From: Eledone cirrhosa
Lineage: Eukaryota
DNA length: 64,000 nt
Direction of reading: 5' to 3'
Assembly: GCA_964016885.1 (NCBI GenBank)
Contig: OZ024741.1
Span: 190,154,001-190,218,000, forward strand
Shown here: positions 1 to 13,520 of the stretch, piece after piece
Position numbering within the stretch: the stretch's first letter is position 1
How the letters are laid out: each line of letters begins with the position of its first letter
The notes under the pieces: generated by a model
Database searches by the model: none
What the model saw: the letters and a program-made list of their open reading frames with translations, nothing else
Told to the model about the DNA's origin: nothing
Translations under genes and position numbers: made by a program

Positions 1-649
1 AATTAAGCCTACAATACAAATGGTAAACCATATGGACCAGAGGTGAGGCACAAAATTTGAATATTTAGGAAACAGTTGCAGTCATATTGATCACGTTATA
101 TCTTAGGATGAATGCGCCTTTTTTATATAATTTGATATTTTTATTTTAAATGAAACGTGGCCGGTGTTGCTTTTTTTCGTTTTGTAGTTGTTTTTGTTGT
201 CTATTTTGAATTAAATTTCTTCGTAAATATTGATTTTTAAATTAATCTGACCATAATAGGATGTGTGGGTGTTTGGATTAAGGACAGTATTAAAGAAAAT
301 GTAAGCCATGACAGAAAAGACAAAAAGTTGCAAGTCATTGCTATTACACAAATAGGTAGAGAAGGAGTGGACCAAAACAAAACCAACTCATATTACATAT
401 CAAATATGTTAAAATGTATAACATCACTATTTGGTGTGGGGAAGGGTGTTTTATCCAAGTTCAGTCCTGCACGAACCGATTTGCGATCATGGGCGTTCAC
501 TGTACAATGTATAATGTGTCCCTACCTTTTCGAGACAGTATGGTTTTAGCTGAAAGTGATTTGACAATTTTATTGTTAATGGGTTGAGCAACTACGTAGA
601 GGCTCCATTCATTGGTTCAGAGAGAGTAAAGTTTAGGGACATGGGTAAA

Positions 650-950
650 AGGTAAAGACCCCCTTCAGTCACAAATGACTATGGGATTTGAACCTATAAA
701 GTTCCCCTCCGCAGTCGTCCAAGCATACTAACCTCCCCTCTCCGAGCCTCTGGTTGTCCAAAAGAAAGGCAATGGCCGATACAGCTTGGCACCAGTGACG
801 TTGCAACTCATTTCTCCAGCTGAGTGAACTGGAGCAACGTAAAATAAAGTGTCTTGGTCAAGAACACAACGCATATCCCAGTCCGAGAATCGAACTTACA
901 ACCTCGCGATTGTAAGCCCAACGCTCTAACCACTAAGCCATGCGCCTTCA
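650..950 (-). mobile_element. tRNA-derived SINE (family 1)
   Basis: The reverse complement of about 880-950 reads GAAGGCGCATGGCTTAGTGGTTAGAGCG...GTTCGATTC (Pol III A and B boxes), followed by a body GTGTTCTTGACCAAGACACTTTATTTTACGTTGCTCCAGTTCACTCAGCTG. A related copy lies at about 8604. The left boundary is approximate. Confidence 0.75.
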
Positions 951-1059
951 CAAGCGACGGGTGCTGAGACAGGTTGCAGAAAGTGTGTTAAGGAGTTATT
1001 GGATGAATGAAACAAAAAAAAAAAACAAAAAAAAACAAAAAAAAAACGAAAAAAATGAT

Positions 1060-1500
1060 ATACAAAGTAAACAAATGTCTGAGTCTCTAGAGAGGATGAC
1101 AACCACCTAGTGCTTATCAAAGAACACCATAGATACAGGGTTACCCTGATGTCCACGAAGAGGAGCCATCGTCAATTCCCTGTCCTATCACAGGCTGAGA
1201 GTAGAACCATTTACTCGAACCATGCTCACCACTCGGCAAATTGCTCGAAGATAGGACCTCCGTAAGATTGAGAGAATTCGATGAGCGCCTGACCGAAGAG
1301 GAAAGTACCTGTCTTCAGTCTTTTCAGTCACTTCCGCCACTTTTCTTCGTGGCCAACTGACAGTGGAAAACTACTTGCCTTTCCCAGTCCAATAAAAACG
1401 ATGTGGCCACACAAGTTAGCAATTCTCAAACACTGAAAGCGTGCATAACGGTTTTAGCGTTGTTTGCAACTTGGACATGTCTGTAGAGTTTACCTCGAAC
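1060..1500 (-). mobile_element. possible degenerate 3' end of an L1/Tx1-like non-LTR retrotransposon
   Basis: Frameshifted minus-strand peptides (LDWERQVVFHCQLATKK / LKRLKTGTFLFGQALIEF) resemble a Tx1-type ORF2 C-terminus from memory. Not verified by search. Confidence 0.3.
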
Positions 1501-1789
1501 TAGCAATAAATAAGCTTCAGTAACATTGCTGTGTCATGGATTTTTTCAGGATCGAAAGTTCTCCAGAAAAAACCCCATCCAGCTGCTACTTGTTGAGCTT
1601 CACCGAGAGCGTCAGAGTTATTCCCCAATCACTAAATGTCCTCTATAAAAAGCTAACGAAGTTCCACCAGCAGAATTGACTGACTGGTAAAGAGCTGTGA
1701 ACGCCCAGCATTTCATATCCTGTCTTGGTCTTCGCTTGAATCAAAATTATAACTCCGTCAGAATCGAATTGTGTGGTTTCTAAATCAGG

Positions 1790-1960
1790 CACAAGGATAA
1801 ACATTTTTGTGTAAGAGTATAGACAATTATATCGACACCAAACTTAATTTGTATTTTATTTTACGACTCCAGAAGGATGAAAGGTTAAGTTAACCAAGAT
1901 GGGGTTTGAACTGAGAACATAAAATGATAATTAAATGTCTGACATTCTACCGATTCTACC
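1790..1960 (-). mobile_element. degenerate SINE (family 2)
   Basis: TTTTATTTTACGACTCCAGAAGGATGAAAGG...TTTGAACTGAGAAC is the reverse complement of the core in the 9.2-10.1 kb SINE cluster. Confidence 0.6.
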
Positions 1961-2816
1961 ATGATTTTTAATAAAAGCCCAAAAGTTCAGGAAATCATAG
2001 ACAAGTGTGTATTGGTCATAGATCGATGCAGTTTTTCACTGGCACTTATTTTATTGAGTTTGGAAGGATGCAAGAAACAGTTGTTAAATCCCAGGTTTGA
2101 CATGATCGAGTAAGCCCATTTTCAGACATGACCATAATCTTATTTGTACATTTCGGACTAGTTTAAATGCCTCGATGTTATTTTTCAAAGACGTCCCAGG
2201 ATGTGATTTATAAGATATTTGGTTGCTAACTCTAGCAGGTCTAGAATGAGGACGTTGAGTAAAAAGAACGCTTTTTAGTACCAGCAGTCTATGTAATGGG
2301 CATCCTAGATCTTTCTGTCCCAAACCACAGCTGACCTTTCATATCTCATACATGCCTTTCTGAGGTCACCATTGTCCTTTTTTACTAGAGTTAATCAAGA
2401 TACTGATTTCATTTTCTCCCTACTCCAATTAATTTCTTGATTTACATTTATAACTACCAAATTGCTCCAGTCATACAAACAACCAGCTCAATTTGCTAGA
2501 AATAGCAACTAAGTCTTTAGCTACATACTGAAAAACGGGATGGGCATTATCCACTATATCGACCCAGTAATCAACCGGTACTGGTCCTATCGACCCCACA
2601 GGAGCAAAATGTTCTTTTCACCAAAAGGTTGTATGTATGTGTTAATATATATACACACATACATGAATGAGACAGAACGCGTGTGCAGAAAGTGTATGTG
2701 TAGCATCTACACTGAACTAAAGAGGTAATAATACGGGGGAGGACATCAATTATATAACAAAATAGCAATGGAACGAAACTTGATACTACTGTGCACTATC
2801 TCAAAAGAAGTTCGTC

Positions 2817-2912
2817 AGAGAGAGAGAGAGAGAGTGTGTTTGTGTGTGTGTGAGTGTAGAGCGAGTGTGTGTAGAGTGAGTGTGTGTAGAGTGAGTGTTG
2901 AGTGAGTGAGCG
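2817..2912. repeat. compound (GA)n/(GT)n/(GAGT)n microsatellite
   Basis: Directly visible. Confidence 0.85.
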
Positions 2913-3693
2913 TGCGAAGTTGAAACTGCTAACAGCAACATATGGATCTCAAAAATGATAGAGGAAAGTGAATTTCCAAGTTTGGTACTGTAGAGGAATA
3001 CTAAGAATTGTTTGATAGCAAATAAAGGTCAAATCAACACGAGATGTGAATCGAATTGGAACGAATGGAGCAGTGTAAAATATGACTGGACAAGCAAAGA
3101 TGTACATATTTTGGGTCTCCCGTAAGGCCAGGATCAATAAAAGTTATTGGTCATGGGAAAAACCCCTGGAAATAGGTCAAGAGGAAGACTGAGAAAAAAG
3201 CTGGAATGATATTATCGTAGAGATAGCAAGATTGAAGAGAAAACAATAAGAATGGTAGAAGATAAAGATGAATGAAGAAAAGTTATCGGACAAATCACCC
3301 AAACTCCAAGGCACTGGTGGGTGTGTATGAAAAGTGAGTAGATGCAGATAGGTGTATATGCAAATAAATAGACAGATATATAAAGTGGTAGAGCGGTAAA
3401 TAAACAGATCTCTCCTCCCAGTCGCGAAATAAAAATAACTCGCCAGATTCACCGAATTCGTTGCGTTTATACATACACGTTAGGATTCCCTAGTTTTATT
3501 TCGAGCTCTATTACCAAAGAGAGAGAGGTCGCCTGACAAAATTTATAACAATAAACACATTCACTACTGACAATACTGATTAGTGTTACGTAAGGGGAAC
3601 AGATGATAGTGCGTACGTGCCAATTCCATTCATGTTAGGTCGGTACACGCGGTCTCCGCGAGATGCGAGCTAGCTGTAGGATAAATAAATAAA

Positions 3694-3700
<7 letters not shown>

Positions 3701-3740
<40 letters not shown>
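3701..3740. repeat. (AT)20 microsatellite
   Basis: Directly visible. Confidence 0.95.
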
Positions 3741-3742
<2 letters not shown>

Positions 3743-3935
3743 TCCGTTTAACTTCTATTTTTCCAGGTTAGACGGGTTTTCCCTTACGAGACAATACAAG
3801 TGAGGTGACCATGTCTTGCTCATACGGATCTGCATGGTTTCCACGTCTGGATGCCCTTCCTAACGCCAACCAGGGTAGTGTAGACTGGGTGCTTTTTCGT
3901 GTCACCAACACGACCGTCTTATAGGCATGGTGAAC
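3741..3935 (-). mobile_element. probable RTE-related retroposon fragment
   Basis: Contains GGATGCCCTTCCTAACGCCAACC, a motif recalled from RTE-clade LINEs and their SINE partners. The CGTTT...TTTTCCA...GGTT.GACGGG motif (about 3745-3777) recurs at about 3961-4003. Confidence 0.4.
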
Positions 3936-6539
3936 TGGATATATGTATGTATACATATATCGTTTTTACGTCCATTTTTCCACGCTTGTATGGGTTGGAC
4001 GGGTCATTTTCAGTACGGCATCTCTCTCCACACACACAAACGTGTGTGCGCATACATATATGGGAGATCTATCTACCTAGAGGAACAGGCATATATCTAT
4101 TTACACATGCATATTGCTTAATTATATTGTAATTCAAAACTCTCTCCATATATACACACACGCGTGTATGTGTGTGTGTTAACAGAGATAAGATTTAAGA
4201 GAAAAAAGAAGAGTGGCAGCAGATTTAAGAATTTTCGGACAAATCACCCACACTCCATGAGTTGGCGGTCATATATATATATGCGTCTAATATATACAAG
4301 TAGACTGGCAGATATATAGTTGACCGATAAAACGATGGAGAAACAAACATCTCTCAGACTGAGTCTCCGTATGGAAAGTTTATAATATATGACAATAATA
4401 TTAACACTAGTTAACAACATAAGCAGATGAGCACACATAGTCCCAATATTTAATCAAGCGACCCAGCATTTTATTAGTACTTATTTTATCCACGAACGAT
4501 GGTGTTGTCTTCATTACATCATTACTTTAAACAGACTTGATAATCATACGTCTACTCAATACTGACCTGGGATTAAACACCATCACCATTCGAAGAATGA
4601 AAGCCAAATGCTAAAAATAGCATCCATATCACACATTTGATCATTTAGTGCTCGATATATTATGTCTAAAAACAAGATTAGATGGTCATGACTGAAACGC
4701 CGTTAATCTTTAATAATATATCAGTTTTATCAGAGCAGACGTGGGGCTAAACAACACTGGAAGGATGAATGGTTGACCCCTCGGAAGCATTTTCGTCCTC
4801 AGTATTTGATTAGGATTTTATTTGATGTTTCGCAGACAAAATAAAGTGACTGAAATTAAATGCTATGTTTTATCGTTGTAATTTTTGGCCTTTTTAATCG
4901 ATAAACTGAAATGATTGTGGATTCTTTTGCTTAGTTTTCTTTTTTCCATAACATACTCCCTCACAACAGATTGTTAGCAGTCAATTACCACCCACTGACA
5001 AATTAATTCAACAAAGCGATAGTTGGATAGGAGTCCCAGAGAAGAAAGAATCTTGCCTAAGGCTATATATATATAAAGGCTCCGGCAGGATGAAAAGTCT
5101 TAACATATTCTGCAAAGCACTTAGTCGCTTTAGCGATTCTATCAACCGGTCGCCCTGATGATCAATATTCGGCATATAACAAGTTTGTTTTTTTATAGAA
5201 AATATTACGATTGATTTTATTTACAGTTGTATAAATAACATTACAAATGTTTTTGCTGTTTTCTTTTTTCTTTCTTTCTCTATGCGTTATATTTGTATGG
5301 TTCCTAACAATAATTAATTGTATTTATTGTGATTATATTTTAATTCTGGAAGAGTTGTGAACAATTTGTAATGTTATTTAAACAACAGTTTATCTCATTC
5401 CCGTTTTTTTGCTTTTCTAAGTTATGTTAATAATGTATATTTTTTAACACAATTCTGCAGAGATACTTTTTAGGTGTATATTATAATTATGTCGATAAAA
5501 ATAGATTTTTTTTTTCCGCGTTTTATAATTGTAGAAACATTACATTCGTGTCGGAAATATCTATTACATCCTGATTGATATGATTCATTATCAACATGGA
5601 ATTGGAAGGCGAGATGGAAAAAAAAACTCGGATTTACTCTAAATACAGATCGAAAATAATGAAAATATTTAGCGAATGGAACCAAACAACAATGAAACAG
5701 TCGATTACATCAAATATCCAGTATATAAGTAGTATTTTATCTTTCTGAAGTAGGTAGTTATTACTGTCGTGGAACGCAGAAGTTCAATAAAGTCTACTAA
5801 AAAACAGTTTGTGGCATCGTAAGGTGAAATCGTGGGCATCTAAACCTGGCGGAACCCTTATCTCTCCAGACCTGAACACAGTCGATTCTTTCCTCGGGAG
5901 GGCGAGAGGAAATGAGAAAGATGTAGAGGTAAGGATCGACCTCGAAAAGACGAAAGGCAAAATTGATATAAGCAAAGAGGGGAGAGAGCTGGAAGGAATA
6001 CCACAAAGTAATCTATCAGATCTCAAAATAAACAAGCAGAATTTTAAAACAAGTGGATCCTGTTCCCAATAATTGAAAATCCAAGTGTATATATACATTT
6101 TAATGATTGTGGCGTGAATATATTCCAAGATGGGGGGGGGGGGGGAGACACTGAAAAGCGAAGGTTCTTTAGCGGTAAAGAGATATACAACGATCTTGCA
6201 TTAGCAGGGTAACAGTTCGATTCTGTCTTTGGTCTTTGTACTATATATAGAATAAACACCAAACAAAAATTGGAAACGCCCTATCCAACCAGTCTGCCCA
6301 CTGTCCACAACAGCACATCGCTGACAATTTCATTAAGTATGGAGTACTAAATTAAAGAAAAGTCTTACCAGACTTAATTACGATCATCTTATATATCTAT
6401 CTACCTCTATATATAAGATGTTACTAATAATACATATTAGTTCGTATATTTCTGATTATAACAGGACTCCTACATAGCTAGTTTATTGCCCACGCACCCA
6501 ATGGAACTGGGATGACATTTTACCTGCCCGTTGGAAACA

Positions 6540-6700
6540 GAGTTAGGCGGGGACTGAGATCGGTTGTTGACTGGTACTATATATTTTATAGGACTGAACT
6601 AATAAATGGCAAAGTTGACTTCGGCGGGATTTGAACTCAGAATATAAACATGAAGGTATTTGTCCAACGTTTTAAGACTTTTCTAACTCGCCGCTCTGAT
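6540..6700 (-). mobile_element. SINE (family 2)
   Basis: CTGGTACT...GGCAAAGTTGACTTCGGCGGGATTTGAACTCAGAA is the reverse complement of the family-2 B-box and core. Confidence 0.7.
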
Positions 6701-6743
6701 AATAAAAAAAAAAAATCATCATATACGAATATTACAAGTAAAT

Positions 6744-6797
6744 AATTATATTATATTATATTATATTATATTATGTGTGTGTGTGTGTGTGTGTGTA
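6744..6797. repeat. (ATTAT)n + (GT)n microsatellite
   Basis: Directly visible. Confidence 0.9.
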
Positions 6798-7333
6798 GAT
6801 GATATATCCAGAACAGCTCTGCTTCAGCAAGACCTTCCAGTGAGACCATGACTTTTTTCAGTCAGCGGTGAGTAATATTGCTGCTTAGCCAAGGTCAATA
6901 CTGATTGGGGAGAATTATGACAGAGATCCAGCGATGCATTACTCAATGTCTCCCTCCCTTTTCTTAAAGACGGTGGGAGTTTAATTGAGGGAGAATTAGT
7001 ATTAAATGCTATTTATTCCTAACAGGTCGAATGACCAAGTATGGGCTCTCTCGTTAGCACGTGTAATAAGTATAGCATTTGTTGTTGTTCTAAAATAGTA
7101 TATCTAGGACTACATTATCCAATGTGCCCTTATTGTTTTAAGACAGTAAGTAATTTAGTTAAATTCGAAAAAGCTTTGTTTTTTTTCTAGCAAATACTGT
7201 GCCTGATAAAAAGCTCTCTCTGATATTGAAAATATATGTGAAAAGAGAATAATATTACGTAGTAAAAGTAGGGAGAAAGGTTATTTTCTGAGAAGAGAAG
7301 CAGCAATGATTTAATAATGATGGTGACACCTAC

Positions 7334-7585
7334 CTGGCAACGACAGACAACATCGGCCGACATAGCTAGGATGTCGACTACTTTTCCTTTACCCTCGTCT
7401 CCCCATTGTGTGCCTACAACAACGGTGACCACGTCTTCGCTGGTCATCTTTGCTTTCTTCGTCTGCTGCAGCGCGAGGCAATCTACTTTTCCATTGAACC
7501 CAGCTGCAACTGATGCCTTACCGTTCGTCGTATCCGCTACCTTGATACAGCCTGAATTCACTTTATCGACTCCGTCTAACTCCAT
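7334..7585 (-). CDS. ADSS: adenylosuccinate synthetase, first coding exon (84 codons; gene continues leftward beyond the window)
   Basis: The translation contains [19 protein letters not shown]...ADVVCRCQ, the PurA/ADSS GTP-binding signature. Homology stops at a canonical donor CAG|GTAGGT (GT at 7333-7332, phase 0), just before the expected GGNNAGHT motif. Confidence 0.95.
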
Positions 7586-7595
7586 GACTGACTAT

Positions 7596-7660
7596 TGACG
7601 GCGCGCATGCGCAGCGCACGAGATAAGGCGGGAAACAGCGCAACGCGCGCTTTCAACCAT
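7596..7660 (-). promoter_or_regulatory. CpG-rich proximal promoter/5' UTR patch of ADSS with NRF1-like and E2F-like motifs
   Basis: GCGCATGCGC palindrome at 7603-7612, GGCGGGAAA (TTTCCCGCC on the minus strand) at 7627-7635, and dense CpG within an AT-rich background. Confidence 0.6.
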
Positions 7661-8249
7661 TGAGATGCTTCTTGAGTCTACTACTGTACTCTCTTTCTTC
7701 TTTTTCTTCGTCTTCTCTTAGTCCCTACTACATACGCACATTGTCTTTATTGTTTAATCCTGCAGATTTATTCGATCAATAGGCATTGTCATGACCATCC
7801 CATCTTTTTGTTTTTATCAGATATAGTAAATACGTAAGCCAACGTGTTTTATTTTTTTTTAAGCATTAGGGTATGATTTTGAGGATATTAGTCTGCTATC
7901 CTAGCAGGTTAAGCAACCACCCAGAGGATTGTTAATCGAGCAGACCGCCTATGTGGGAGAGGTGTTCCAGCTATGACCATCCCACCTTTTGTTGTTGTTT
8001 TTTTTAAATACAAATATCTATGGACATATTATTTAATGTGTTCATCTTTTAGAGACAGTTGAATGTACTGTTCGAGGGTGATTTATCTGCTATAACTAGC
8101 ATGTCAAATGACCACTAAGAGAGTCCCTCGTTGTCTAGAGTAGTATATATATATATATATGCAAGAGCGGATCATAGCATTAAGTAATGTTATATAAGTA
8201 AAATAATTGAAATTTTTTAACGTTCATGATGCTTATATAAAATAATCAT

Positions 8250-8440
8250 TTCTAATTTAAGTCAGTGGCCATCAATTTGCGGGGGAGGTGGAAATCTATT
8301 ACTTCGACGTGACGGGTGCTTTATTTTATCGGAACCCCCAAAGGCAAAGTTAACCTCGGCCTTATAAACTCATAGCGTAAAGGGCCGCAAAATATTTTGT
8401 CCGACGCTCGAACGATTCTCCCTATCCGCCAACCTCGCTT
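8250..8440 (-). mobile_element. SINE (family 2)
   Basis: TTTATTTTATCGG...AAAGGCAAAGTTAACCTCGGC...AACTCATAGCGTAAAGGGCC...TTGTCCGACGCTC matches the family in reverse orientation. Confidence 0.7.
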
Positions 8441-8603
8441 ATACAAAAATGATGAAATGAATACTATTTATAAATATTAGTTATTAATTCAAAATAACTA
8501 ATAAATAACGTTACAATTCATAACAGGTTCCAAACTACAAAAAATATTTTTAAAAAATAACGAATTCAGAAGAAAAATTAAATAGAATATTTATTTTTCC
8601 TAC

Positions 8604-8850
8604 GAAGACACGTGACTTAGTGGTTAAGTGTATTCGGCTCACGAGTGTATTGTCGTTTATTTAATTCCCGGCAGCGCGTTGTGTTCTTAAATAAAACGCG
8701 ATTATTTCACGTTTTAATACACTGGATCTCCATGTAAACTATGTTATGGGTACACGTGTAATGCTCAGTCACTTGCGTGTTGATATCACGCCCGTGCTGT
8801 TCTGTCGAACAAACAACTGGAACATTCGTTGCCGAAACCCACTGATGTCC
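8604..8850 (+). mobile_element. degenerate tRNA-derived SINE (family 1)
   Basis: GAAGACACGTGACTTAGTGGTTAAG head plus GTTGTGTTCTT...ATTATTTCACGTT body, homologous to the copy at 650-950. Confidence 0.6.
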
Positions 8851-9224
8851 AGCAAAAACGTTACTTTATACAAATCCTGAGTATTCGCTCTTCATTTATA
8901 TGTATGTATGTGTGTATCCTTTGTTAGATAATTCAGTGAAGAATATTTCTTTTTATTTCCTAGAGTGAGGAACAGATTATACACTGGAAATTTTATTAAT
9001 AGATTCTACAAGAAATTGTTATGTTAATCTTATATTAAAATTCCATTCATATCTAGAGTGCACCTCGATCCCGGAATGATGGAAGGTAAAGTTGGCATCA
9101 GTAAAATGTGTAGAGGGCCGTGATTAATATACCAGGCATTTTGTCTATCACATGTTGATCCACACATCGACTATACTCTTGCTCGAAATTTTAGGTTTTG
9201 TGCGTTTAGTAGGAAAAACAAAAT

Positions 9225-10075
9225 CGGCATATAGTTACTGCCCTTTACGTTCTGAGTTCAAATCCCGCCGAGGCTAGCTTTGCCTTTCATCCTTACGGAG
9301 TCGACAAAATAAAGCACCAGTAATGGACAGGGGTTGATTTAATCGACTTTCCCCTTGTTGGTCTTGTGCCTGAATCAGAAACCATTATTATTGAATTGGC
9401 AGTATCGGTAGAGGGTCGGACGCCATGCTTTCCAGCATAGTTACGTCCCTTTACGATCCGAGTTCAAATCTCGCCGAGGTTGACTTTGCCTTTCATCCTT
9501 ACGGGGTCGATAAAATAAAGTACCAGTAATGTACTGGGTAATTGCTGGCCTTGTGCCTAAAGTAGAAACAATTATTAGTAGGAAAAACGAGTACGGTGGA
9601 TTGGCAGAATCGTTAGGGGGCGTCGGACAAGAAAATTCCTCAAGAAATTTGTTGGATTGGCAGTATCGGTAGAGGGTCGGACGCCATGCTTTCCAGCATA
9701 GTTACGTCCCTTTACGATCTGAGTTCAAATCCCGCCGAGGTTGACTTTGCCTTTCATCCTTACGGGGTCGATAAAATAAAGTACCAGTAATGCACTGGGT
9801 AATTGCTGGCCTTATGCCTAAAGTAGAAACAATTATTAGTAGGAAAAACGAGTACGGTGGATTGGCAGAATCGTTAGGAAGCGTCGGACAAGAAAATTCC
9901 TCAAGAAATTTGTTCCGTCTACGTTCTGAGTTCAAATCCTGCCAAGCTGAATTTTACCTTTTATCTTTCCAAGGTCGATAAAATGAAGTACCAGTAAAGT
10001 TCATGGGTAAATTTAATCGATTTTTTCCCTCCCCATAAATTCATGGCGTTGTATCTAAATTAGAAATAATTATTA
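9225..10075 (+). mobile_element. head-to-tail cluster of 4-5 family-2 SINE copies, including a 261-bp tandem duplication
   Basis: Repeated GAGTTCAAATC(C/T)CGCCGAGG.T.(A/G)CTTTGCCTTTCATCCTTACGG.GTCGA.AAAATAAAG.ACCAGT (B box plus conserved central domain). 9395-9653 is nearly identical to 9656-9914. Confidence 0.85.
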
Positions 10076-10499
10076 CAAGAAGTACCCCGCTGTGAACCTT
10101 GTATGTATTGTGGATTCTAATTTAGTCAAAAGGACAATAGTTTTAGGGGAGGTGAAAATCAATTAAATCGACCCCGATACTTGACTAGTATTTTATTTTA
10201 TCGATTCAGAATTTCAGTCATTTTCCCTGAATAAACGAACAGCTGCAAGATGCTGGCCGGCTCAAACATTGAGCAGGTGATGTTTAGATCACTTTTTCTA
10301 AACCCTTCCCAGAAACTAGGTGAGCAGCAATCTTCTAAATAGACTGTTCAGACGCACAATGTTCCACCGATATTTATTTCTGCTTGAAAACAATACAGCG
10401 ATGTTAAGATAAACAAAGTGCCGCCTCACGTGCAGGTTCATACTTTTGTGTTTCCAACCTGTTAAGTCTGCACACGACAGCAATACCCCCCATCGCCGC

Positions 10500-11030
10500 T
10501 GGACTACTTCTGAAGAGATATCTGCGCATAAGATATCAGCAGTGGAGGAGGGTGTTCCAAAAGTACTGTCGCCAGCGTAAGAACAGGATGGAGAAAGTTT
10601 AGGGAGCTACTACCGCTGCTAGCTTCAAAAGGGTTTTCTCTTAAAATGAAGGGCAATGCTGTATGGTAGTGAGACCTGGGCACTGTATGCAGAAGACCTG
10701 CGAAAACTGGAAAGAAGTGAAGTGAAGCCTGCATGCTCCGACAGGTGTGTAATACGCGAAGCGTAAATAAATTGAGAGAGAAGTTAGGCATAAGAGAGAG
10801 GTTAGAAATGAGATTGCATTGATTTGGTTGTGTGATGCGTATGAAAGATGACAGTTGTATAAAAAGGTGCAGGGTGATAAAGGTTGACGGGAGCTATGGA
10901 GTAGGAAGACCGGGATGTAGTGATATAAAAGCTGACTTTGCGCAATTACACCTCAAAAGCAATGACACAGGATCGAGATCTTTGGCGTTACGCAGTAATA
11001 CAGAAGACCTGTCTTCCCATACGCATGTAT
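10500..11030 (+). mobile_element. 5'-truncated, degenerate RTE-clade LINE (ORF2 C-terminus)
   Basis: Broken-frame peptides VASVRTGWRKFRELLPLLASKGFSLKMKG, ETWA, EDLRKLERSE, LREKLGI, MRLH*FGCVMRM and GVGRP match the RTE/BovB-type post-RT region. Confidence 0.85.
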
Positions 11031-11690
11031 CTAGTAGTCACCTCTTAACCACTACACCCCCTTCTATACACCTCCCACGCTCCAACACCCACCCATCCAC
11101 TTCTGTTCACACCACCCCGAAAATGTTGTGGAACTACTTCTACTTGACGGCCGGCCACATATATATACAAAAACAAAATGGTGTAGGACAGAACAAAGGA
11201 GAGACACAATAAAAACCTAGTCACTGAGGAGGTCACAGAATGTGCGACAAAAGAGCTTTGACAATATATAACCAACCTTCCGATTTTCGAATCAATCAAC
11301 CAGCCGGAAACTTATAATAAGTTCAAGTGGAAATCGACAGGTGCGTGTGTTTTTATTGGCAGCATGACTCTTTCAAAGTATAACAATATTTGTTTCAACA
11401 CACGTTTTCGGATTAAAAAATCTTGCAAAACGAATTATATATATATTTTAAAAAGATCGGAGGCCATATTCAGTTGATTCCGGTTTAGTTAAAATTCCGT
11501 TAGACATATTTCACTGAGGACTATCAATTATGATAACCTGAGCTCTTCAGACGGCAAAACCTAAAATAAACATAGAAAGTTCCTAAGAAACCTTTAGATT
11601 TTGAAAAATCTAATAATTTCCTCGAAAAAAGAATTTCTTTTCATGATAGAGAGGCCGGCCGAACGCGCGGTGTTGTTTCTTCGAATGCTG

Positions 11691-12894
<1,204 letters not shown>

Positions 12895-12970
12895 CGAAGG
12901 AAATGTGGTAAGGAACCAGGTGGACCATAACGCACCAAAGTACTCAATACTTGAGGTAGTAGAGTGGGTA

Positions 12971-13082
12971 ATAGGAACCAGTAAGACCCCGACTGCTGAG
13001 CTCAAGCCGTTTCGACGGCTAATTCTGGACCAGAATTAGCCGTCGAAACGGCTTGAGCTCAGCAGTCGGGGTCTTACTGGTT

Positions 13083-13087
<5 letters not shown>
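12971..13087. repeat. perfect inverted repeat, 58-bp arms with a 1-nt spacer
   Basis: ATAGGAACCAGT...AATTCTGG-A-CCAGAATT...ACTGGTTCCTAT, centred on 13029. Confidence 0.95.
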
Positions 13088-13124
<37 letters not shown>

Positions 13125-13125
<1 letters not shown>

Positions 13126-13320
13126 TAGCCGAATTACCCGCGCTTTGCTGCGTTTCACACATTTTTTTCTGTAAGAAAATGATGATTGATTTTAAATCAG
13201 TGATATAATTTATGGAGAAAAAACTCTGCATTTCAATATTACTCAATGTAAAATGTAGTGCATGAAAAATTGGAAAACATTATTTTTTGTAATATATCAA
13301 ATCAAAATGACATTATTAAA
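13125..13320 (-). mobile_element. Helitron 3' terminus (extent uncertain)
   Basis: The minus strand reads CGCAGCAAAGCGCGGG-TAATTCGG-CTAG|T: an imperfect GC hairpin about 8 nt before CTAG, the same architecture as the terminus at 16025-16052. Confidence 0.6.
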
Positions 13321-13344
13321 TCTTATTTTAGGGGGGGGGGGGGG

Positions 13345-13480
13345 TGAATTGGTAGAGGGTCAGACGCCATGCTTTCTAGCATAGTTATGTCCCTTTATGA
13401 TCTGAGTTCAAATCCCGCCGAGGTTAACTTTGCCTTTCATCCTTACGGAGTCGATAAAATAAAGTACTAGTAATGTACGA
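13345..13480 (+). mobile_element. SINE (family 2), 3'-truncated
   Basis: Near-identical to 9407-9533. Confidence 0.85.
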
Positions 13481-13520
13481 TCTTGTTACAACACATCTTG
13501 TTCCATTTATTGGCCACAAT

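Noticed and set aside
870-950. tRNA gene
   Set aside because: A and B boxes are present, but there is no complete cloverleaf and the sequence continues into a SINE body.
265-6262. Assorted short ORFs (60-114 aa)
   Set aside because: No recognisable domains, low-complexity or repeat-derived, and located inside the ADSS intron.
7187-7333. C-terminal part of the 132-aa ORF
   Set aside because: Intron read-through after the GT donor, with no ADSS similarity.
1-7333. ADSS exon 2 (GGNNAGHT)
   Set aside because: Not found by eye on the minus strand. It probably lies beyond the left edge, though a short exon could have been missed.
7317-7598. 93-aa plus-strand ORF
   Set aside because: Antisense shadow of the ADSS exon.
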